A stretch of 64,000 nucleotides of DNA from Phoronis australis (Eukaryota; Animalia; Phoronida), in assembly GCA_002633005.1 (NCBI GenBank), contig NMRA01000138.1:186001-250000 (forward strand), in the 5' to 3' direction. The translations under genes and the position numbers were made by a program. The number at the start of each line of letters is the position of its first letter. The stretch's first letter is position 1. The notes beneath the pieces were generated by a model. It was not told the DNA's origin, ran no database searches, and saw only the letters and a program-made list of their open reading frames with translations. Positions 53,895-64,000 of this stretch are shown one piece after another.

Positions 53895-55201
53895 TGCATT
53901 ACGCGCTAAGATAAAGCGTGCAGATTCTTATTATTTACTTTCTACAAAATTGTGGTACATTGCTATCAAAATTCGTTGTTAAATTACGATCATTTTTCAT
54001 AAAATTTTGTTGAAGTTCCAGGGCGAAATCTTGCCGACAAATGCGTAGCTGCTGGTCTCGCAATCGTCGATAGGGCTTGAATTCTTAAATAAGAATACAG
54101 CTTTGACTCAACAAATTACCTGAAATCCTCCTCAAGTTTTCCAAATAGCGTCTCTAAGATTTTTAAGTTCTTGTGAAGTCTGGATTAACTGCAGATTATG
54201 AGTCCAAATCTACGCTAGATTGTAGCACGCAACCCGAGAAAAATCTCTGTGGGAACACATGTTGTTGTCACGTGACGTTTGTTTTGAAGTTTGTATGCGT
54301 GTGTGTGAGAGTAAGCGTGCGTGTGCTTGTCAGAGTTCATTTGCCAGAGTAATGTAATGATCTAGGTGTGCATTGTATCCAAAAAAAAAAAAAATCAAGC
54401 AGTCAAGCAGAGCGTGTTTTAATATTTACGGCTTAGCACTTGCTGGCCTCATCTGCTAAAAACGTTCGAGAATTTTTTCGGTAAGACCGACATGTCACTC
54501 ATTGAGTCGCCGGGTGAGTGGATGCGTGACCGTAGTGTAACAGCTATTTCCCGGAAGATTTGGGGTGTAAGGGTGCGAAGTGGGTCATTTTGACCTTAAA
54601 AACACCAATTATGATTAGTTAAATAATTTCTCTTAAAAATAATGCAGAAGCTTTTTACGGTATTGGAAACTTTCGGAAATTAGTGCCAATATTTATTTGC
54701 CGATGCTATGTTACCCGATTAATCTTCGATGACAGTCGGTACATTATGCAGCGCGCGCTTCTTGGTCGCGTGCTAACACTGGTCGAGTTTTTTTTTTTAG
54801 TCTTCGATTCACGGTTTTCACATGCACAAAGAAGTTTGAGGCCGGAGAAGATCTGTACTGGAAAGAAACAATGCAATCCCGCTCTTTGACAAGTACGCTG
54901 TGTCTGTTTTCAAAGTCCAGACCCGCGTAGTGGGGCACATCCCTCGCAAGAGCAGCAAAACTTCTGCGTTCTTTTTGAATCGCGGCGTAAGTTTGAAGTG
55001 TATACGGACATAACGGTGAGGCTCGTGGTCCGTTACAAATTCAGGCTGTCGGATCTTTCAATTGATAAATTGGAGACGTTAGAACTGTAGGTAAGGGCAT
55101 TTTTCGCATGTAGTTCATGGGCTGGGCGCTTACTTTAGCAAAGTCTGAAAACGCGTTGGGGCACTTGTTGAGCCATGGGCGCTAATTAGGGCGAATAGCG
55201 G
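53895..55201 (+). mobile_element. Second, inverted and diverged copy of the 42568-44083 element (one TIR lost)
   Basis: Alignable blocks, e.g. AAATTACCTGAAATCCTCCT.AAGTTTTCCAA and GTTGTCACGTGACGTTTGTTTTGAAGTT, are reverse complements of 43560-43760; right end GGGCGCTAATTAGGGCGAATAGCGG. Confidence 0.8.
54801..55013 (+). pseudogene. HIRAN-like domain remnant
   Basis: SSIHGFHMHKEV*...PLFDKYAVSVFKVQTRVVGHIPRKSSKTSAFFLNRGVSLKCI; fits the pattern RG(F/Y)H.Y..W / NP.D..AV.V / VGH(I/V)P. Confidence 0.65.
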
Positions 55202-55599
55202 CAGAATTACAGCAGCGTAGTTTAATGCACACAAATTACACGTCGTGCAAACCAGTCGTCATCCCGTTTACCATCAACAATCCCAGTAGCCTTTGCGCAC
55301 CCTAATTTCCGGACATGCGCAATCGTTAAATCGATTCGGTTGCAACTCCGCTATTCACATGTGTTTATATGTAATCTTATGTCAATATGTAGAGACAATT
55401 GGTTCTTATACTAATATGGGGGTCTGCACACCACTTAAGTCAGATGTGCTCCTCACTGAATATGGTAAAATCCACAGTGACGTAGCAGTGTCTCCATGTC
55501 TATGGTGGAAAGGATACGCAAGTTATAAATGACAAATGGCAGACAAATTACATTTTATAGTTTCATTTTTTCGAAAAGTGCACCAAATGCTTTCAGTTC

Positions 55600-56640
55600 T
55601 AGCCAAGGACAGTTCATACATAGAAACCTACAAATTTCATGAAATTCTGTCAAGGAACTCTGATGACTGAAGATAAAGCGGTAAAGCTAAAAAAATAAAA
55701 AAGCCATTAGGGGGCAGAGTGGTTGTAAGATTTGCCCGTAAGTGTTCATCATCTGTTGTCCCAATCATAGAAAAACATTTGCCAAATTTCACAAAGATGG
55801 TGCACAGGGATAAGGAGATAAGCTGCAGGCACAAAAAAACAAATTGCCACAAGGCGCACACCCTTGTCAAAAATCAACGTCAGCCATGGTCTTCTCAACA
55901 TGAACAAATTTCATAATGATCCTTGGAACGGTTTGGCAGAAAGAGAGGTGGACGCCAAAAATAGACTCTTAAACAACAAAAATGTCTACTACCTGGTGGC
56001 TCAGAATACATTGAAATAAATATAAATGAAAAGGAGAATATGACGCTGACTCCATAACAGAAATTTATTTGTCAAATTTCATGAAAATGTGTCAAGAACT
56101 CTGAAGATACAGAAGTAAACATAAAAAATAATAAAACTGCTGTTAGGGGTCATATCCGTCAGAAAGTTGTCATTGACCTACAAGGGCGGCAAAAAATGAA
56201 AATGCTAGTAAAAGATGCCACAGTAGAAGGGCTTCTGCGAAAATTGACGTCAGCCATAGTCTTCTCCACAAAAATACACCTCCCAATTTTCATAAAGATC
56301 CTTTTAACAGTTTGGCTGGTGCAGAGGTGGACACCAAAAAAAAGTACTTGAAAATAATAAAAATGGCCACTAGGTAGCACAAGATAAGCCAAATCTATTA
56401 AAAAATGGGAGGGCATTGTTGTACTTTAATTAAGACATCTGTTTACCACATTTTACCTGAATCCATGAATGTCCTCCAAGATTATCAGAGGTACATAAAT
56501 GTAAGAAAATAAAAATTGCGACTAGGGGCTAAAATAGTCGGACTGATCTGAAACTCTTCACCTTTTGTCTTCAGCTACATGGCAATACATCTGCCAAATC
56601 TTACTAAAATCCTGCAAGGGATTTAGCTGATACAGCAGAG
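55600..56640. mobile_element. HINE-like modular repeat, internal modules
   Basis: Repeated CAAATTTCATGAAA, CAATTTTCATAA.GATCC and GGCCACTAGG motifs; boundaries approximate. Confidence 0.55.
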
Positions 56641-59183
56641 GACGCGATCAATTTCGTCAATTATTTTTGTAAGAATTGACAAGATTTTACTTAGCTGGAA
56701 ACTGGAACTGTACCTTATTGTTTTTCTTCTCTGTTGTGGGAGCTTTCTCCTGGTGTTGGTACACAGAACAAAAATATCATAATTATGATGAACAGCTATT
56801 TGGAATTTTTACTGGTACTGTACTCCTCTGGTTTAAAGGCCATGCTAATTTACAGTGTTGGAACTTCAGCAAATAAATGTACTAGCACGCCAGGTCAGTT
56901 AGTCTGAAAAGTTACTGGCCCAGCTGTCAAATTGCTGTCTTTGCAATTAGCATCCTAACTACATTTTTCTCAATCTTTTCCATTTACCCTAAATGCACAC
57001 GTGCTTGAGAACCTTATTTTTTTGCTATTAACTTCAGGTAAGGATTTTTTGCCAACAGGTTCAAAAGTAAACTCATTGGTGAGAGGCAAACAAAACTAGT
57101 TAATAGACCTTTTTTGAATATGAGACCACATCCACATAGGGCCAATATCTGAAAGTAATTTGCCTGGCCGCAAATCCATTGGCCCCAGGCCACTGTGTAT
57201 TTCGAACTGCTAATTTATACAACCCCGACTTCTTACAAGATTCTTTTGTGTTTGTGAACACCTTCACATCAGAATTTTATCTCCAAAAAATATGCAATCC
57301 ACTTACCTTCAAGTATCAGTTGAACCTATCTGGCAACAAAATACCCAAACTCAAAATGCTCTTTATTGAAGGAGACATGAAATGGTTCTTTTGGCTAATA
57401 AGCATTCTAACATTATGATATGCATTGAGTAATTTATCTCAATGATCATGTTTGTGTGCAGAAAAACAGGGAAAACATTTGCAAATGATCAGCCCATGGC
57501 TCACTTTGAGTGTGAATTAGAAAAATTAAAGCTAAGCTACATAAAAAGCTTGAGTCATGCTTAGCTATTATGTGCAATCCTTCCATCCTAGATGGTAAGC
57601 CCCTTATTTATGTCCACGATCTACCAATGTTTTAATTAACACTTTAAAATGAAGTCTTGTGTCCATACGAAGCTCAATAAACCAATCAACCATACATTTA
57701 ACGCCCCTCCCCCCTAAATTACCAAATACTCTAAAGTTTTTGCTTTTAAGTACTCATGATGGTGTGAATGGGGACAACATATTTTCAGCACAAACCTACA
57801 TTGCCAGTGTAATATATAAACACACTGTCCATCCACACTGCTGCGGCTTTCAGGTGTATTGAGCCTCTTGAGCCAAACCTTACACACAGCAACTGACTAC
57901 AATTGAGCTTTCTCACATGTATTTTGTTCATTTTCCATGAAAACAGATTTTCCTACCAGTGAAAGTTCCAAAATAAATAGCTAAAATATAGACACAGCTA
58001 TTTCTTCAAGGTAACATGTAGTCATGAAATCAATAAACCTAGCATTTTGACCTTGAAAAAATACGACCCCGGGTGATACAGGTTGAATGGAGCAAAAATC
58101 CACACTGAAATTGGCAGATGTTTTGACAGAGTTTGTAATGTATCAAATGACATGAAAAATCTAATAGCACAGGCCAATTTGAAAAGTAACAGAAATGATG
58201 AAATCATTAAAACGGCAAGAAACACTGGCTGACAATCCTACCCACAAGTTGTTGATTCATCACAACAGTTGATAAAACTTCAATCAGTATGATAACCACG
58301 TGCTTTCATGTAATATTCTTCAGCACCAAACTCAATCATATACGGTCGTCAGCCTTGAAGTCACAGTCCTCCAACTGCATTGAACATATACTAGATAGTG
58401 AACTCAGCAATGAGCACAGACATCAGTTCAAAGCCATGGATACTGATTAATGTTTAATCCTGAAGTTGTCTGTACACAGAATCAGCTGAATACATTAATT
58501 GAAACACTTTCTAATCCCATGGGTACTGAGTTACAACTGTATTAGGCTTAGTTATGAATGGGAACACCAGACAGTAAAAACAAACAGCACACCTAAGGCT
58601 AAAATTGGTATTACCCAACACTGGCATCAATAAAATGATAGCTAAGGTATGTACACAGTACTACCCTATTCACACCAGTTTGGTACACTGAAAAAAAATT
58701 ATTATTTTGGTCAAGATCGGAGTTTCCAGAAATAGGCAATATCGGTCCTCCCAAATCCAAGAACTACAATAAACGATAAATGATCATTTACCTCGATATT
58801 ACACACTATTGAAACTCGTGAAAATGAAAGCGTTGTGACAGTGGCTAATTTTGACAAGTTGGTTTTCAGACTATGTTGATCCAAAACAGTGTCCGATATC
58901 AGAAAAATATTATGAATGCCAAAATCGCCTATGTCTCAATCCTCAGAATCAGGAAAACTCAATTTCGCCTTCACCCTCAGTGTTCTAAATTTTATTTTAT
59001 AGACTGTGCCAAATTGTAGAATTTTTACCATATGAGATTAACACTATAGTTGGAAGTTTCTTGCCTTTGTGCAAATACGAATATTGCGAATGCCAGTGTC
59101 TTCATCCTACTTATGAGCACTCTGACATCCAACGGTGAAACAGAAGAACAACTTTTCTTATTTTAAATGCAAAACGTCTATCG

Positions 59184-59775
59184 GGAATTTCCAAAAATAG
59201 GCCCACCCAAAAGTACCTCCATGGTTATACTTTCAGAAAATTTTCCTAAAGTACGTCAAAGGGTGTATTCTCAGCAACTGTTTGCATGTTCTGAAAATCT
59301 CACAGATTGTTCTAAAATACGTATGTAATATATTCTGATGTAAAATTTTGTTTATTTTTGGGCAAATTGTTATATTTTTAGATTTCGATGTCACTCAAAT
59401 GGCTATAATTTATCATTGACTTTGTTCGCAACTAACCATATTAACACAACAAGAAGGACAGTTTCATTGACGCACTGCATGTGTTCGGTGAATTACAAAG
59501 TATGGACTAGGATTAATGTGTTTCGTAGTCCTAGGAATGGATGAAGAATAAAGTTATTGCAAGTGAGATACTACATACACTAAAAAGGATGTATTTCTTT
59601 GAAAAAATTCACCTCAAACGTTTGTTTAACAAAATCCACAGTAAAATGTTTGATACAGTTTCTGAAAATGTGCCCTCCATTTAGGAAATACAACCAGGCA
59701 TATATCTGGTTTCATTTGAGAATTTTAAAAGGTCGCATCCAAATATCCGCCCATAGGCCTATTTTCAGAAATTCC
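59184..59775. mobile_element. Element with long imperfect inverted ends
   Basis: GGAATTTCCAAAAATAGGCC versus GGCCTATTTTCAGAAATTCC, plus inner mirrored blocks. Confidence 0.6.
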
Positions 59776-60647
59776 TGGTATTGTTATTCCCTATTAAATT
59801 CAGGCAATATGACCACGAATTGCAATAGTTATTTCAGTGAAGGCTATTATATTCTCTAAGGTACTGTCATCTCTGCTCTGGTGAGACTTGTTACAATAAA
59901 CACAATAAAAATTAAGCAACAAATAATACCAAACAAGATGCCAATAGTACACCAGTAGACACTAAGGTATTTTTTTTGCTTTGACATTAATTGAAAATTT
60001 ATGACAATTAACATGAGATCTTATCAAAAATATACTAAAATTATTTTTCAAAAATTACTCCATGACCTTGGTTAGCAAATGATTGATTGTTAAGGTAAAT
60101 AACATTCCTAAGCGAGCACAGATTCCACAAGCTAAAGAAATACACTGTTATGAAAACCTTGAGATTTTATGAACATCTTATTTTTGTGGTAGAATTGAGA
60201 TTTCAGACAAACATAATGCCCACAATCAGTGTCGTCTGCCACCAGCAAGTAATCCTTGAAGCAAATTCATAAAAAAATTTGAAGTCTTGAAATCCCTCGC
60301 TAGTTCATTTTGAAGTCTACGCATTGCCAGGCATAGTCACTCAGGTGATTGTTCAATATTCAAATTTCATTCACATTCTCATCTACAGTAAGTTTCCCAG
60401 TACGAAGTGTAATCTCAGCTAGAGGAGGAAACTTCTACCTGCTGTCAAGAAAACTTTTAAGTTAAAACTTGAGTTCCTCGAAACATCGGAGCTCACCTGC
60501 GCTAGATTCGATAGATGGACTTCTTAAAAGGTATGTTGCGTATGTTTGGTAAATTGGTCTTCACCCTCGTTTAAATTGATGTACGTATTATGTAATCTCA
60601 GTATAATAACCCACAGTCTTCATTATGTACACTGTATTACCCGTACA

Positions 60648-61098
60648 CAAGGTATCTAAAACTAAACAGTTAACGGAATCATAAACACGGTCACAGACGC
60701 ATGAACATGACTCACGGACTTGCAAACCCTGTCCACTGGCTCACAAACACCAGAACGGACTTACAAAACACGACCCATTCACCCAAATACACGGGACACG
60801 GACTCATATTCACGAGGAAACACGGTTAACGGAACGCCAAACACGGGTCACGGACTCATCGACTTCCTGGGTCAGCTGACATCTACATTTTGTCCGTAAA
60901 CCGTGTTTGGCAGTCTGTAAACCATGTTTCTTCGTGAATGTGAGTCCGTGTCCCGTGTATTTGGGTGAATGGATCGTGTTTTGTGAGTCCGTTCCCGTGT
61001 TTGTGAGTTAGTGGACGGTGTTTGCAGGTCCGTGAGTCGTGTTCATGCGTCCGTGACCGCGTTTATGAATCCGTTAACCGTGTAGTTTAGGTACCTTG
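60648..61098. mobile_element. Foldback/palindromic MITE with arms of about 205 bp
   Basis: CAAGGTATCTAAA...CACGGAC / GTCCGTAAA...TTTAGGTACCTTG; arms built from CACGG(A) subrepeats; loop of about 40 bp. Confidence 0.92.
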
Positions 61099-61279
61099 GT
61101 ACATGTATCTATGAAACCGGGGATAGAATCTTAACTTCAAGCGGTTTTGTTCGTTTTCCTATACATGTATCAGCCAAATGCACTGTGGTATTCCAGGAAG
61201 TGGCCATTGTTATGTATGGGAAAACAGGCACCTGAATCTCTCAATGACTCCTAACCATACCAGAAGTAAAGGTTATCTC

Positions 61280-61940
61280 AAACCTTATTTAGTGGCCTCC
61301 ATTCTAACTCGTTTTTCAAAAAACTTAGCTTTGTCAACCAGTAAAAGTATATATTATATTTTCTGAAAGGAAAAAGATCAGGGAATATAAAAATATTTTG
61401 TATTTATGTTCCATTATTATTATTACGTCAACACCTTTTTTAAGTCAAAATTTCATTTTTAAGAAAGGTACATTCATAGGAAAATAACCCCTCAGTCAAT
61501 TTTAATGAAACCTTTTTTTAAATGAAAACTTCACCAGTTACCTAAAAATTTTTGATTAGTCCTTTCGTTTGGTTTCTATAACAAATCAAATCACAAAACG
61601 AAAGGAATTTTTATAAAAATAGAAACTGTATTCATCTCTGTTAAATTACATAAAAACGGGACTTTTTATCAAAAATCCCAATTAAGTTTTTGAGATTGAT
61701 GAATAAATATTAAGTTTGGAAAGTTTCAGCGAATTCCACTAGGCCGCTTTCGAGAACTCGTGTTCCAAAGTTCAAATAAAGTCAATTTGCCAAAGCCGAG
61801 AGAAAGCCGATTAAACTGGGACGAGTGAAAATCTCAAAGTCTTTGGTTAATTATTCGATGAAAACTTGTTTTTATAAATATAACCTATACATGCCTTAAC
61901 CATGTTAGCTATTTCAACACTCACTCGCAATGTAAACTGA
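61280..61940. repeat. Dispersed repeat sharing blocks with 46953-47021 and 41510-41620
   Basis: AAACCTT.TTTAGTGGCCTCCATTCTAACTCGT...AGTAAAAGTAT and TGAAAACTTGTTTT...ATAACCTATACATG shared. Confidence 0.7.
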
Positions 61941-62778
61941 ATTTACAATGCGTAATCAACTTAATTATCATTAAAACATTTCGTCCTCAGCCACAAGGTA
62001 AGACCAACTGTTACTGTTGTTTGACCTACTTAAACGTAGGTCACAGTACATTGTTATTAACATAGTTTGTACACATCACGTGGCGGGAGACTGATGTGAA
62101 ACCAAGTACGAAATGGATAACAAAAATCGAGTCAGTGGTTAAAGCATGTTGTGAGAAATGTCAATTTACTTATTGAATAAGGAATTTGGGTGAGGATTTA
62201 TCTCATTTCACAACTTGCTGTGGTCATTACCACACAGGCGTAAGGCGACTTGTAGCATTCGTTCTCAACCGTTGTATGCATGTGGATGCACAACTCCCTT
62301 AGGATCAAAACTATGTTTTGTCTTTGTTTTCCCCGGCACCATTCTATCATAAGTACACCTCGTTGACAGGGGGTACATACAAAGCTGTTCTGTACCTGGC
62401 GAGAGATTTTATTTGAGTGACCGCCCTGTAACCTTTGACCTTGGTTAAGAAGCAAACAAATATGCACACGGTTGTGCGGTTTCAAGGTGGTACTGCTAAA
62501 CCTGTTTTCTCACTACACGGTATATATTGGTGTTTGAAGTTCTCTGAGAATGAAGATAACGTATTTTGCTAAACATATGTGAAATATTGTAAAAATGGCC
62601 AATTTTTGTGACTAAGGTTTGAGATAACCTTAATACATACCTGTTTGTAAGTGGTGAATAATGGGAACTGACACTGTGTTGGGAATAACTAGGCAACAGA
62701 TAGGGTAAAAAGGACGGAGAACATATACTGAAACAAGCAATACATTTGGATCATTAGATATTGGAATTACCTCTTGAG

Positions 62779-63343
62779 GTGCTTTCCCATTAGGGAAACT
62801 TCAGTTTACCAACGGATGGGAAACTTTGGTTTACCAAAGTTTTGCCAAAACTTAGCTAACCTTTCCCACTTAACAGCAATATCAAAGTTATCGCAAGATG
62901 TTCATTAAGTCATAGAAGTAAGCACCAGACAGTGAAGTTCATTAGATTTGTACTCACAAACAAATATTGAGTGGTGGGTTCCAGAATAACTGAAAATTGT
63001 TCTCCGCCATTTACCGGTGTTTATGAAAATGATCAGTGTCATTCTTCATCAGATGTGAATTCTTTTATATTTACCTGCATCTATTGAGAGCACATCAGTG
63101 GCACTATGATAACACAGAACATGTTTTGCGCGGCATTCTATATCGTTGCCACGACTCTACCAACAACTTCGTTGAAGTTTCATTCTGACCTTTCCCTCTT
63201 CACAAAAGTTTCGGTGAGAACTGAAGCTTCGCTTTCAAAGCCAACAATTTTCAGTGAAGTTTCTCTTGCATATTAACTACGGGATTTAACCTTTTGCACT
63301 TACCAAAACTTCACTAAAATTTTCGCCTCTAGTGGGAAAGCAC
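62779..63343. mobile_element. MITE with GTGCTTTCCCA(T/C)TAG TIRs and internal GAAGTTT/AAACTT subrepeats
   Basis: GTGCTTTCCCATTAG versus CTAGTGGGAAAGCAC. Confidence 0.7.
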
Positions 63344-64000
63344 TGTTTCAGGACTATGGGTATCAGAAGGCTGACCACATTATTTTATTACATTTATAAA
63401 AAATCGAGCCAACGAAACACTTCTAAATATCTCTATGAGAAGCTCTGCAAATGGACATCCATAGCCTTTGGCAACTATAAGCACAAAGGTGTCTGATCTT
63501 CCATTGAAAATAAAACAAAAATAAAAACTTGTCTTGAGGCTGTGACTTTCGTGAAAAATAGGTTAACTTTTGAAATTGAGGAAAGAGCTTAGTAAAAAGT
63601 TACACAGTAATTGCTTTATTTAGAGTTAAAATTAAAATTTGTCAAAAATCATTACGGTACAACCATTTTGCCATTTCAAAATCACAACTCTCTATACAAC
63701 TATGTCGATTTGGTGAAAATTAAAAGCCAAAGTTGAAACACCACGTCAAAAAGAAGCCAACAGTGAGGGATGACCATCCTTTTGAGGCCAAGACCTGAAT
63801 ATTACATGACTTAAAGTTAGGGGAAAAGTGCAGCCATGAAGTTACTCAATAATGCATAAGCTTGTTTAATACGACTTTTTAGACCCAGCAAAATAAAATA
63901 AAATCAAAAAACCAAATTAAAAATAATAATAATTTGGCCAGATTTATGTACCGCTGTAAACTACTAAGCACTTCGAAAATTATTACCTAGCTGTTAACCA

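Larger units (their letters stand above)
53392..55355 (+). mobile_element. THAP-bearing TIR element (ISL2EU/PIF-Harbinger-like) that encloses the second HIRAN element
   Basis: Perfect 17-bp inverted ends AATAGCGGAGTTGCAAC / GTTGCAACTCCGCTATT (the AT may be the TSD); THAP remnant just inside the left end. Confidence 0.78.

Noticed and set aside
57301-57330. Upstream SYT coding exon at the strong AAG|GTAAGT donor (minus strand)
   Set aside because: The phase-1 frame hits TAG seven codons upstream with no ATG. It could be a non-coding exon or micro-exon, but I cannot support that.
60492-60530. Upstream SYT exon at the CAG|GTGAGC donor (minus strand)
   Set aside because: No in-frame ATG and no convincing acceptor.

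Overview
AT-rich, intron-rich animal (invertebrate-like) genomic DNA with one assembly gap (33603-33620). There is no prokaryotic gene organisation and no CRISPR array. The main feature is a minus-strand synaptotagmin-14/16-type gene. I could splice nine phase-compatible GT-AG coding exons by hand (48685-48858, 25356-25466, 22308-22531, 18510-18665, 16892-17027, 14786-14943, 13395-13587, 11913-12125, 10890-10990; about 488 codons). They encode a transmembrane (TM) helix, a linker, and C2A and C2B domains that lack the Ca2+-binding aspartates. The start or 5'-most exon is not fixed. Introns and flanks are packed with mobile DNA: a decayed, 5'-truncated Ty3/Gypsy (Mag-like) retrotransposon; a hAT element with a 5-bp target-site duplication (TSD) nested in a TA-flanked element; a THAP-bearing ISL2EU-like element; about ten co-oriented Helentron-type (HINE-like) repeats; many MITEs and foldbacks; and tandem duplications. 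The most interesting observations are three. (1) A TA-flanked terminal-inverted-repeat (TIR) transposon family, present in two inverted copies that bracket the TM exon, carries a decayed HIRAN-like domain as its only recognisable cargo. (2) A candidate alternative first exon would replace the TM anchor with a Cys-Cys N-terminus. (3) The ATG plus splice-acceptor unit in front of the TM exon is triplicated. All domain calls are by eye and need HMM or RNA-seq confirmation.
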